A stretch of 64,000 nt of DNA, from the NCBI RefSeq assembly GCF_009914755.1, contig NC_060939.1; one strand, written 5' to 3'. Shown here piece after piece: positions 13,500-25,833 of the stretch (within the stretch, counting starts at the first letter, position 1; each line of letters opens with the position of its first letter). The notes beneath the pieces were generated by a model. The model saw only the letters and a list, made by a program, of their open reading frames with translations, ran no database searches and was not told where the DNA came from. The position numbers were made by a program, and so were the translations under genes. This DNA comes from the human T2T-CHM13v2.0 reference genome, Homo sapiens.

Positions 13500-13687
13500 C
13501 TGTGCAGGGAGTTTGCCAGCACTGGCGGGCTTGCTGGTCGACCAGGCGAGGGTATGTGCTGAGCCACAGGCCACACGGTTGACCTTCTTACCCTGAAGGG
13601 CAGCTACCAACCGAGGCCTCTGGATGGCATTGGTGGTTCCGTCTCCCAGTTGTCCCTCATCATTGTCGCCCCATGTATAAACCTCAC
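13500..13687 (-). CDS. HERC2: HERC2 exon 84 (RLD3 end)
   Basis: 188 nt; [14 protein letters not shown]...[11 protein letters not shown]...LPAQ, an RCC1 repeat. Confidence 0.96.
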
Positions 13688-14156
13688 CTGAATGAAGTGA
13701 ATTTAGAATCAGAACCTGTATACTAGGGCCAACAAACGCATGGCTGCCAGTGTCTTCCCACCACACACAGCACCAACGCTCCCTGCCCTTCAGCTGGTGT
13801 TGACCTAGTTGTCAACTTTACATATGACCTAGACATGAATGTCTGCTTTAGGTATGACCTAAACATGAATACATGCTAATTACACATCCAAAGAGGCGAG
13901 TGTACTTCCCAGGACTCTCCACAGCCCCTGTTGGCCACCAGGCCTCTTCTAGTGAGAGACACACAACTCTGGTCTTAAGCCTCCAACAGTGTTAGTTCTC
14001 AGGACTAGGCATGAACAGCAGCAGTTCTCCATCAGAATAATATTAGAACAGATAGCAATATCCCGAACATCCCAAATCCATCTAATATTAAAACACATAG
14101 CAATATCCCTAACATTCCAAATTGCTCTTGCATGCGAAACAGAAAAGAAAAAGTCT

Positions 14157-14550
14157 GTTTTATTTATTTTATACTTTTTTTTTTGAGACAGGGTCTCACA
14201 CTCTGTTGCCCAGGCTGGAGTAAACTGGCATGATCACGGTTCACTGCAGCCTCAAACTCCCCAGCTCAAGTGATCCTCCCACCTCATCTCCCAAAGTGTT
14301 GGGATTACATGCATGAACCACTGTGATGAAGTCTCACTTTGTCGCCCAGGCTGGAATGCAGTGGTGCGATCTCAAGCTCACCGCAACCTCCGCCTCCCGG
14401 GTTCGAGCGATTCTCTGGCCTCAGCCTCCTGAGTAGCTAGGCTCACAGGCACGCACCACCATGCCCAGCTAATTTTTGTATTTTTAGCAGAGACAGGGTT
14501 TCACCATGTGGGTCAGGCTGGTCTCGAACTCCTGACTTGGTGATCCACCT
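14157..14550 (-). mobile_element. Two adjacent partial Alus (monomer-type plus truncated AluS)
   Basis: Reverse Alu sequence 14157-14325 and 14327-14550. Confidence 0.8.
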
Positions 14551-14564
14551 GAAAATCTATGTTT

Positions 14565-15390
14565 TTAAAATCAAAACCACAATGTGATACCACCTCACTC
14601 CTGCAAGAATGGCCATAATAAAATAAGAATAAAAAAAAATAGATGTTGGTATGGATGTGGTGAAAAGGGAACACTTATACTGCTGGTGGGAACAGAAACC
14701 AGTACAACACATTGAGATTTTCCCCCACTAGAGGGCGATAAAAACTAACAACAAGCTATCTGTGAAAACGCGTTGTGATGGAAAGCATTTTCCACGCTCC
14801 ACTATGGAAAAGTATGGAGATTCCTCAAAGAACTAAAAGTAGATCTACCATTTGATCCAGCAATCCCACCACTAGGTACCTACCCAGAAGAAAAGACGTC
14901 ATTATTTGAAAAAACACTTGCACACACATGTTTATAGCAGCACAATTTGCAATTACACAAATATGGAACCAGCTCCAAAGCCCATCCATCAATGAGTGGA
15001 TAAAGAAAATGTGGTATATATACACCATGGAATACTACTAGCCATAAAAAGGAATGAAATGATTGCATTTGCCGCAACCTGGATGGGACTAGAGACCATT
15101 ATTCTAAGTAAAGTAACTCAGGAACGGAAAACCAAACCATATGTTCTCATGCGATGAGGATGCAACGGCATAAGAATGACACAATGGACTTTGGAGACTC
15201 GGGGGAAAGGGTAGGAGAGGAGTGAGGGATAAAAGACTACACATTGGGTACTGTGTACACTACTTGGGTGATGGGAGCACCCACCTCTCAGACATCACCT
15301 CTAAAGAGCTTATTCATGTAACCAAACACCACCTGTTCGCCAAAAACTTGTTGAAATAAAAATAAATTTAAAAAATAACATAAAAAAAGA
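14565..15390 (+). mobile_element. L1PB-like 3' end, interrupted by a ~90-bp insert at ~14709-14799
   Basis: ATCAAAACCACAATGTGATACCACCTCACTCCTGCAAGAATGGCC...GGATAAAAGACTACACATTGGGTAC...GAAATAAAA plus A tail. Confidence 0.85.
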
Positions 15391-15899
15391 ACATGCCGTT
15401 TCTGTTCATATCCTAAACATAAGATTCACCATTCGCAAGAATCATCACACTTTTCAGTGCACCGTGTGGGACCTCAACCAAGAAATACCACCGGAAAATA
15501 TTCTCAGGCAAGGTCCCTGGTGACCAGGATGGAAACAAGGCTCATGTTCTCTGGAGACACCATCAGGATTGTCAAATCCAGAGAGACTCCTCGGGTGTCT
15601 GGAAAGTGTGACGCCTGCGTGGTCAAGGGCAGTGTACTTGTCTCCTGCCCCTGCCTGCTCTCCACACGTTGGTCCTAAAGCCACGAGGCGGGTGTCGCAC
15701 ACACAAGGTGAGGAGGGTGTCTCTGCAGACGCAGCTGGGCATAGGGAATGAGTCTGTGAGAGTGAGGAGGGCTTCCACCCAGGTGCTAGCTCTGAGGGGA
15801 GTCAGCCAAGACCCCCACATGCAAGGGGAGGAGCCACACAGGGGAGGATGAGATGCTGGTTATGCACGGGGGGAGTGGCCAAATCGCCAGAAAAGAAAG

Positions 15900-16960
15900 G
15901 ATCTGCAAGGTTGCCATGAGAAAACTGGAATGAACCCTGTGGATCCAAACTGGACCTGGGGATACTGGTGTGAACTCACAGTTTTCAACAGACATCAAAC
16001 ATAAACCAGGGTATTGTTTACATTACTATTCCCTGGCTTTGTCCACTGAGGAGGTCTGGGGAGCGGTGACGCCTCAATAGCAATGAGCACACCCATCATC
16101 CAGACCTTGTCTTCTCAAGGCCATTCTCCTCCACAGATGCCAGGGCTCCTTGGAGAAATGGCCAGGTCGAGGCGTGGGGCATGGCGGGAACAAGTGGAGG
16201 CTAATCATCTTCTTCTGCCAGAGCAAGGAAGTACTCCCAGACAACGGGGACACACAAAAAGGGGGCAGAGCCAGCCAAATAGAGCACAACTAGAGCATCA
16301 AAATAAATAGACTATATACCCCAATGAATACATTAGGATCCATGATTCCCACTCAGATAAAACAAATACATGAATTGATTCAAAGCTGCATGAGAAAGGA
16401 ATATTTAAATAGATTCAGGATGTCCCTACTAAATACTTGTTAATTATAAAGAATGTTCGCAGTGAAAAGCATGGCAGACAATGTAACCAAGCAACTGTAG
16501 TGAGCATCATCAGCAAGCAGACAAACTGCATGTCACCTGCAAGGATGAACTGTGACGATCAAAGACACACAACCCGAATCTACGCAGAAACATCGCAAAA
16601 AATCCAAACAGAAGAATGTGCTACAAAATAACTGGTGTCAAGTTGCAAGAAGCCCAGGAAGACGAGGAAGTGAAACGATGACGCCAGGCACTGAGAGAGT
16701 GTCACAGGACAGAGGGTACAGCTTGCCAGCTGACTGGCAGGCAATGTGCTGCAAATGGGCATGGGCGTCAGGCGGGGTGGGGGAGTGTGAACTGGCTGGC
16801 AGGACGAGCCTCCCTGTTTGTGGGAAACACACTGAAAAGCTCAGGACGCGGCAGCAGGACAGCAACTCACTCTCATGTGGACTGGGATAAGCAAGTTCTA
16901 GGTAATGTACTTCCAACTGGTTTGCTTCCAACTGTGATTTGTCTCAAAATTTAAAAGAAT
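15900..16960 (+). mobile_element. Old L1MC-type 3' fragments
   Basis: GATACTGGTGTGAACTCA, CAGGGCTCCTTGGAGAAATGGC and related motifs shared with regions at ~39.6-40.5 kb and ~53.8-55.9 kb. Confidence 0.55.
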
Positions 16961-17159
16961 TAAATAAGTCAAATAAAAAGTTCTGGATCAAGAACTACAA
17001 TGTCCTTCCACTACAGGCCACAGAAGTTGCTCATTCATCCATGAGCCTCTTCCCTCAATGAAATGATTAAAGGGTGCATGCTTATATAATTCACCAAAGG
17101 CTTTAACGAGGAGCACAGTTTGTGCGAAGGCCATGTTAATGAAAGATGGCGCCCACGTT

Positions 17160-17619
17160 TTTCACTGCTGCCATAACACATCCCCACAGCCCGGCTGGCT
17201 TAAACAACACACACTTAGGATCCTTTCGCTCTGCAGGTGAGAAGCCCCGCATGGGTCTGTCTCCCTTCCCAGAGGCCCCAGGGGAGAGTTTCCTTGCTCA
17301 TTCAGACACAGCTCAGTTCTCTGTGGGACTGAGGTCCAGGTTCCTTGCTGGCTGAGCTACTCCCAGCTTCCAGGGGCCACCCCATTCCCCAGCCCTGTTC
17401 CTCCACGAAAGCCAGCAACAGAGGGTAGAGAGCTCTCAGACTTTGAAAATCTTTCTACTACCTCTTCAGTCACATCTCTGACTGACTCTTCTGCCTCCTT
17501 TTCTGATCAAAGGGTCTGTGTGATTACACTGGGCCCACTAAATAATCCAGAATAATCTCCATATCATCAAGTCAGCTGACTCACAAACTTCATTTGACCT
17601 GAAAAGTCCCTTTTGCCAT
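17160..17619. mobile_element. MLT1 (MaLR) LTR fragment
   Basis: TGCTGCCATAACA...GGCTTAAACAACA...GATTACACTGGGCCCAC...AATCCAGAATAATCTCC. Confidence 0.7.
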
Positions 17620-18151
17620 TGTGTTGGGGTTCCCCGGACCGCCCCACGCTCCTGATTCTCCAGCATGACTTACAAGACTCAGCATACACTCCTCCTCACA
17701 GTTACAGTGTATTATGGCAAGAGGACACAGAGTAAGACCAGCACAGGGATGGGGACCTGTGGCAAAGCAGTGGGGGAACCAGGAGCAAGCTTCCAGAGTC
17801 CTCTCCCACAGGAGCCACACAGGACGAGCTTAACTGCCCCGGCACTGAGCTGTGTCAGGTGCTGTCTGCCGGGAAGCTGGGTAGAGACTCCAGGCCCAGG
17901 GTTTCCATCAGGGCTGATCACACAGGCACCCCCTGCCTGGCGCGTACCAAGTTCCAGACCAAGGAAAGCAGATTTCAGCACAGAACATGTCGCTTGTACA
18001 GACAGTTCAGGCACAGTGAACCACACCTACCACCTAGGGAACAGGGGATCCCTCCCGAAACCCAGGTTCCCAGACACCAGCAGAGGGCCAAGCCTGCAGC
18101 AGGTCTGTCTAAGGACACGTCTCAGGCTGGCTGCTAGCTCTGTTCTGCACA
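17620..18151 (-). mobile_element. ERV solo LTR of the MER68/MER77/MER21 group
   Basis: TGTGTTGGGGTTCCCC...CAAGCTTCCAGAGTCCTCTCCCA...TTCTGCACA termini (TG...CA). Confidence 0.65.
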
Positions 18152-18174
18152 GCCCAGTAATAAGTAATAAATAG

Positions 18175-18568
<394 letters not shown>

Positions 18569-18658
18569 TGTGCCCCCTTTTAAGGCTGCGCATGTCCTTC
18601 ATGCTCAACCCTCTTAGATTCACAGGCCTCAGTCCTGCGGCACTGAGCCCCTACCTAC

Positions 18659-18798
18659 CATCCTCTGTGCAGCACACACAGTGCAGGGAGCCAGTGGCGA
18701 TGGCGATGACTTTCTTCCCCTGCAACCCTTGGACCTGCCGAGGCCTTCGAACATGGTCATCTGATCCATGGCCCAACCTGTGATAATCGCCTTTGCCC
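18659..18798 (-). CDS. HERC2: HERC2 exon 83 (RLD3)
   Basis: 140 nt; [11 protein letters not shown]...[14 protein letters not shown]. Confidence 0.96.
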
Positions 18799-18998
18799 CT
18801 GCACACAAAGGAAGCATGGAAATTATGGGGCAAGGTGATCTCACTGACCACCCTGACCAGCCTCCTGGGCAGCCTCTGCTGTTCAGGACACAACCATAGC
18901 CTGCTGCAGAAGCTACATTCCCATCCATGAAAAGGTGGTGCACATACCCCAATAAAAATCTGGTTTTAGTGGGTTTAAACAAACAGAATCTTGCGTAC

Positions 18999-19090
18999 CA
19001 GGTATAAACAGCTCCAGATTTGGTAAGGGCAACAGAAAACTGGGATCCGCATTCCACTTTAACTACTCCAAGACCAGTAAGAGAATCAAT
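18999..19090 (-). CDS. HERC2: HERC2 exon 82 (RLD3)
   Basis: 92 nt; [31 protein letters not shown]. Confidence 0.96.
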
Positions 19091-20597
19091 CTAGAGGGGG
19101 AAAAGGTTCAATTAGACAGACAGCAACAAGGCTCCTGCTGACTGCTATAACCACACTGAGATTTAACTAAATCTAGTAAGAATTCTGAAAACTTGTACCC
19201 ATGATGAATAATTAGTGCAACGTAAAATCATATTCCACTTAATCTCAGCACTCTCAGGAGGCAGGCGGGACCGTGACTGACAGCACACCCGTTGGCACAC
19301 TGTGGCCCGGTGGGACCCAGCACAGGGCACCAGAAATGGGAGCTTTGCAGGTGAGGCCTGCAAGCCTCTCCCCAGAATGGCCTCCCGCAACCATGCTTCT
19401 CTGTGCAGGAGCACCAAACTCCAGCAATCCCTGTGTCTCTCCTCACCTGCCCCAGCCCTCTCAGAGCAGAGGCCCGCGGGGGAGGAGCAGCAGGCAAGGG
19501 GAGGGATGGCCAAAAGCACTGGGCCCCACCCACCCTCCACACTGCACACCTGCCAGCCAACTTTCCCTATCCCGCAAGCTGCTCCTCATGACCTCTGTGA
19601 TTGCTCTCATATGTAAGTTCTTATATTTAATTCTGAACTCAAATTAATTAAAACTGACTTCATTCTCTAAATGAGACAATGTGGTAGGGCTCTAGTGTCT
19701 GGCCCTACCACAATGGCATCGGGACGTCCTGCTCCAGCCCCTCTGATGCCCAGCATCCTCAGCCTTGGAAGTGCAAACCCCAGGCTCTTTCCCACAAGGA
19801 GGGGCCTCTGACACATGCCACTGATGAGGGTCTGCTCCAGAAGCACCTGTGCCACACCTGCAACCCCACAGCCCCACGAGAGAGGAGGCCAGGCAGAGAC
19901 AGGTTCGCAGCAACAGGCTCCCAAGTACCCAGCAGAGCACCTGGGCTACACGGCAGTGTGGTGTGCATGCACTGAGGTCACTGAGAAGCATGTGCAGGAC
20001 CTGAACCACGTACCAGCCACCCATTCACAAGAGCAAAAGACATTCTGGCAAAGATAAGAAATCGCCTGCAGCCACCGGGCTTGAGTGGAGCAGAGCCGCC
20101 GACCCCACCAGGACTGCAGGACTCAGGCGCTGTGCAGGCCTTGCTCTCGCTCCTCACAGGACACCCACCTGAGATGGCCCCGGCTAACCCAGATGCAGTC
20201 CCTTTAGCAAGCACTGGCACCCCCAAGCGCGTGCCGTGGCAACTCCACACCACTGTAAATTGAGAGAGTGTGAGCCATGTGATATCCTTCTCTGAGACAG
20301 GCCTACATGCTATAAACCAGGAGGCTCCACGGTGCCCGGATGATCCCATCCACTTCTCAAGAGAACGCACACAGCACATAGAACACCTTACTCCCTCTAG
20401 GCCCTCCACACACTTTCTAGCCAATTACCCATTATATTTACTGGAACGAAGGTAAAGAGGAGGTTAAAGTGCTCCTAAGGAGCACACACGGGGGACAGTA
20501 ATGGTGGCTCTGAGGCTGTGTTTTCCCAGAGGGGCCCTGGGGGCCCCTGACTGCGGTGAGCTGGGAGAGCACTGGGCAGGGAAAGAATGGGAAATAC

Positions 20598-20759
20598 CTT
20601 CATAGGCACTTTACAGCCATCGCTGCCTCCCCGGCCGAGCTTGCCGTAGTCCCCGTCCCCCCAGGACCAGACAGTGTCGTCATCTGTGAGGCAGAGGGTC
20701 TGGGCATCTCCACTGCCACAGGCGATGTCAACCACACGGTGGCCCTGCAGCGCCTCCAC
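20598..20759 (-). CDS. HERC2: HERC2 exon 81 (RLD3)
   Basis: 162 nt; [18 protein letters not shown]...CKVPMK. Confidence 0.96.
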
Positions 20760-21150
20760 CTTCAGAGAAAAGGGACTTGGGTTGGCCAAGCACAACACAA
20801 GAAGGCTTGCCACAGGACTGGCTTCACAACACTGCCATTCTTTTTTTATGGGGGTACCTGTTTTAAGCCTTTACAAAGAGGTGATTTCTAAAATCCTATA
20901 AGACAAAAGAGAAAGCACCTTCATCTATTTGAACTACATGCATCTAAACCGCAGGAGGAGGTATCAGCGTCTTTGATGAGCCAACCCTACATCACCATGA
21001 AGGCTGTTTATTCACTTCTTGCACCCAAAAATACAGTGGGCCTTCTAGAAGCCAAAGCATTTTTCATAACAACGGTGGCAAACCGCCCCCATCTGACAGC
21101 AGCAGTGAGGAGCATGCAGCCTCTGGCCTCTGCACACGGCGCCTCCTCAC

Positions 21151-21328
21151 CAGCTTCGGCTTCAGCTGGTCCTCACTGTCGCTGTGCCCCAGCCGGCCGT
21201 AGCGGCCTTTGCCCCATGTGTAGAGGTCCCCGGCTGCTGTGACACAGGCGCTGTGGGCTCCGCCAGCAGCAACATCGACCACTTCAATTCCTCTCAGAGA
21301 CTCGATGACACGAGGGCGGTCACACGGA
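21151..21328 (-). CDS. HERC2: HERC2 exon 80 (RLD3)
   Basis: 178 nt; [13 protein letters not shown]...[13 protein letters not shown]...KPKL. Confidence 0.96.
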
Positions 21329-21799
21329 CTGCAAAAAAGTCACCAAATATAATGGAAACACATTTTTATTCTTAAACATTTTTCAGTGTATTAAATACCT
21401 CTCAATCTACACCTTCCTAATCAGTTAATTGTTAAATCAATCAAGAAGAATCATTCAGACCTAAACTCAAAAGGTCACCACTTCCTATCTCCTTCCTGTA
21501 CAAGGCCAGAGGACACGGCTTCCCCAGCTCTGACTCAGAGGCTGGAAAGTGACCACACATACTGGGTCAAGTTCGAAGCACAGACCATTTTTCAAAGGCC
21601 TATGAGCTGAGAACAGGTTTTACATTTTAACGGGTTTAAAAAAAAAAAAAAAGAATCATATGCAACTCCTAAAATAGTTACCATCTGGCCCTATAAGGAA
21701 AGTTTGCACCTCACCCCCACTATGAATTAACAATTCATTTAAGGAGTTTTAACATATGAATGTCACTAGTCTATAACATAGTGACTACTGATAACAAAC

Positions 21800-23190
21800 T
21801 TTTTGTTTTCTTATTAAGTTCTGAAAGAAGTTCTTTATATATTTTGGCTATCAGACCTTAGTCAGATTATATGATTGTGAATATCCTTTCCCAGCTTGTG
21901 GTTTCAATCTCTTCATAGTGTCTTTTGAAGAACAGTTCATAATTTTTATGAAGTCCAAGTTATATTTTTCTTTCATGAATCATGCTTTTGGAGTTCAATC
22001 TAAAAATCTTTTCTGACCTAAAGTCACAAAAATTTTCTCATGTTTTCTTCCAGAACTTTTAAGTTTTACATTTTACATTCTACATTCATGACTATGGTTC
22101 ATTTTGAATTAATGTTTGGATATGGTGTAAAGTATGAATTTAAGTTCATTTCTTGCCATAGGTTATCCAATTATTCAAAACCACTTGTTGAAAATAGTAT
22201 ATTTTCTCCAGTGAACTGGCTGTGCACTCGTATAAACTGTGCACTAGAAACTGTGAGAAGTCCAGTTTCATTTTTCCACACTCATCTTGTCAGCATTTGC
22301 CAGCCGGTTTCTGGATTCCCTATTCTGCTCCATTGATGTATCTGTCTCTCTCTTTTTGCCAGCACCAAGCCATGCTGTTTACTGCAGCTATAAATGAGGC
22401 TTAAGTCAGGTAGTGCAAGTCTTCCGACCTTTTCCTCATTTTCAAAGTTGATTTGACTATTCTAGGCCATCTGCATCTCCATATACATTTTATGCTCCGC
22501 TTATCAATTTCTATACAAATCTTGATTGGGAAGGTGTTGAATCTATAGATTTGAGGATAGCCAGCAAATTAACAATACTGACTCTTCTGCTCCATGAACA
22601 CAGCATGCCCCTTCACGACTTTAGGTTTTTTAAAAATTATCTCAGCAATACTTTGTAGTCTTCTGTCTACAGGGTCATTCACATTTTTGGGTCAGATTTA
22701 TCCCATAGTTTTTCAATTCTGGGAGAGGGTATTCTAAGTGGTATTTTAAAATTTCACTTTCTGGTTACGTATATGTATACGTATAGATGTACAAGTAACT
22801 TTTATTTATTGATCTTCTATCCCGCAACACTGCTAGCCTCACTTATCAGTTCTAGCAGCTTTTTGTAAATACCACCAGGTTCTCTGCATAAACAATGTTT
22901 TCTGCAAAAAAGACAGTTTTAATTCTCTTTACAATCTAGATGCCTTTTATTTCTTTGCACTGCTGTACCGCACTTACTAAACCTGTTGCACAATGTTGAA
23001 GAGAAGTGGTGATAGCAGACATCCTTGCCTTGATCCTCAACTCAGGGGGAAAGCTTTTGGTCTGTTGCCATTAACTACAACCTAAGCTCTAGGTTAACAG
23101 AGATGCCCTTGATCAGGTAAAGGAAGAGACCTCTTACTCCTAGACTACTCAGAGTTTTTATCAGAAATGGATGTTGGAGTTTGCCAAATT
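21800..23190 (-). mobile_element. Old L1M ORF2 fragment
   Basis: T-rich degenerate L1 ORF2 sequence (AGTGGTGATAGCAGACATCCTTGCCTTG and similar). Confidence 0.7.
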
Positions 23191-23199
23191 ATTTTTTCC

Positions 23200-23470
23200 T
23201 CTTTTTTTTTTTTTTTTGAGATGGAGTCTCGCTCTGTTCCCCAGGCTGGAGTGCAGTGGCGCAATCTCGGCTCACTGCAACCTCCACCTCCCGAGAAGCT
23301 GGGACTACAGGTGTGTGTCACCACATCTGGCTAATTTTTTTCTATTTTTTGTAGAAATGGGGTTTCATCATGTTGCCCAGGCTAGTCTTGAACTCCTGAG
23401 TTCAAGCAATCTGCCCACCTCAGCTTCCCAAAGTGCTGGGATTACAGGCGTGAGCCACCACGCCGGACCT
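23200..23470 (-). mobile_element. Alu with a small internal deletion
   Basis: Reverse Alu missing ~25 bp after CCTCCACCTCCCGAG. Confidence 0.85.
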
Positions 23471-23974
23471 GTTTAATATATTTTATATGGTGGTTTAGTT
23501 ATTCCTAGGATAAGAAGGCCCCTGTTACTCCAATCTGGCTGGTAGTTCTCATTAATTTTTTAATACTTGTGAGTTTGGTTCATTCTTTTACAAATGGTGT
23601 CAATTGTGCGTTCTTTCTTCCTCACCCCTGCTATTTCCTCTGTATTTGCAGTTCTAGTATCATGCACGTTACACAAAATGCCAAACGTGATTCAGTGGAT
23701 GATTTAAGGGAGAAGGACAAAAAAACACTTACTTAGTACTTGTCATCAAAAACACAGAATTGACTTTTTTTTCCCTCTCAACAGAGGAATCATACGGGTA
23801 AGCCTTCGTATTGGAACATAAAACTATTTCTGCCAAATGAGTCATTAACATTATTTAGTTTGAGAGTAATGTAAATGTTGCCTTGAAAAACAAAGCGCCA
23901 ATAGATTGTAGCAGCATTAAAACAAACAAAAACAAAGACAAATAGAATGTTGAAATAATTTTTTCACATCATAC

Positions 23975-24189
23975 CTTCTGTTGCCATGCCCCAACTTCCC
24001 ATCTTCTGCCTCACCCCAAGAGTAAACTTCTCCTTCTGAAGACAGGGCAAGGCAGTGCTTTCCTCCAGAGTTCACAGCTACTTTCTTAATAAACACATGC
24101 TGAATGGATTCAAGCAATGTTGGGGTGGACACCGACTCTGTCCCTCCAATGCCTAGTCTGCCACCTGCACCATACCCAGTGGCATACAG
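23975..24189 (-). CDS. HERC2: HERC2 exon 79 (RLD3)
   Basis: 215 nt; [13 protein letters not shown]...[16 protein letters not shown]. Confidence 0.96.
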
Positions 24190-25116
24190 CTAAGAAAAGA
24201 AAAAGCAATAGTAACATCAGTTTTTAATCTCAATATCCCCTAAATTTACTAATTCATAAACCTAATCCATGCTTTAGACATTTTTACCACATAGAAATAA
24301 AATTTAAAGTTAAAAATCTCAGGAATATAAGTTTATGCCTTTATACATGCTCTATCAAAGTTCTAGAAATGAAATAAAAACATGACTATTAGAAATTCCA
24401 AATTCAGAAAACATATTGTGAAAATAAGGTCTTCTTGCTGGAAGCTCTTCCATTTTTGTGTAGAATACCAACTACAATTAACACCAAGAAAAATAAAAAA
24501 CAATTTAATTATCTACTATATGCAAAACTCTGACAATAACAGCCACAAAACATACCCATAAAAGAACACAAATACATTTTAATATTTCAGCAGGGCAGCA
24601 TATAAACCACACGGGAAAAAAACACCTTTTTTTTTTTTAATCTAAGTGGGAATGTTTTAGGACACAAAACATCTATGATTAATTTTAAAAAATGATTAAT
24701 TTAAAAACATACACACACTAAATCAGACTGCCGTTTTCCAAATGAAGGCAAACATCCCTCCTGATAAAAACTTAAATGCTGTTCCATGCTGTTTTAGACA
24801 TCTTTCAAACGTGCTGCTACGCTGACATAATAGTAAGGAAGCCACAAGGGCCAATGCAGGAAGTGAAACCCAAACTCAGGTGGATAAATGAGCCCCACAC
24901 CCAAAGCCAGCTTCTGGCGGGGAGGGTGTGAGGCTCTCTGGTGCACAGGGTGCAGGGTAATGCAGCATGCCTCCCAGGACTTCCTATAGAAAGTGGGGCT
25001 CCAAAGGGTTGCCCCTCAGTGACTGTGAATAAGAAGAACACCACAGAAAGCTGCCCTTCCCAGCCTCAGCACTGAAAGGGAGACAGAGGCTTGCTCCTGA
25101 GAATTCATAACTACAA

Positions 25117-25313
25117 CAGGAGTTGGCAAATTATGGCCCATGTGCCAAATCAGGCCCATCATTTCTTTCTGTAAATGAAGCTTTACGGGAACACGGCCAC
25201 ACCCACTCATTTATAATATGTCCAGGGCTGCTTTTGTAGTCGCAACAGAGACCATATGGCCCAAAGCTGAAAATACCATTGTGCCCTTTACAGAAAGTGT
25301 TTACCAACCCCTA
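25117..25313. mobile_element. MER58A-like hAT MITE
   Basis: CAGGAGTTGGCAAA...TTTACCAACCCCT terminal inverted repeats. Confidence 0.75.
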
Positions 25314-25833
25314 CCCTAGAAAAAGGACAAAATGAAGATATTTTGAAACAAACAATCAGAATTAACCAACGAAAGAATTTCACTAAAGTAAATTGAGAAA
25401 GATATGCTAAAGGAGAAGGAAATGATTTTATAAGATCTGAGACATAACAAATGATGGTAAGAAATGATAGTAAGCAAAGATGTGCAACATTTAGCTAACT
25501 CAAAAAAAAAAACCACAGTCCATATAAAACAACCAAAACAACAGCAATAATGTCTATGGCAGAGGGGAATAGGTTAGAACCCAAACACTGGGTAACAAGG
25601 GGTCACTGATTGGGAGGAGGGGAAAATACTAATTAACTTTAGGTTTTTAAGTACCTATGTTAAAATAACCAGAGAAACAATGAAAAGAAACAGAATTCTC
25701 CTGAGAATTGACACAGAGGGGCTATATTTCAAACCTTTTTATGAGGCTAGACCACTTCAACACCTGTGCTAGCAGTCTGCCTCTGATACGGTTCACAATG
25801 ATCCCTGCTTCTAAATATGTGTGCTCCTGTATA

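Noticed and set aside
13821-13870. 30-bp two-copy repeat (TATGACCTA-ACATGAAT)
   Set aside because: Trivial local slippage duplication with no evidence of function
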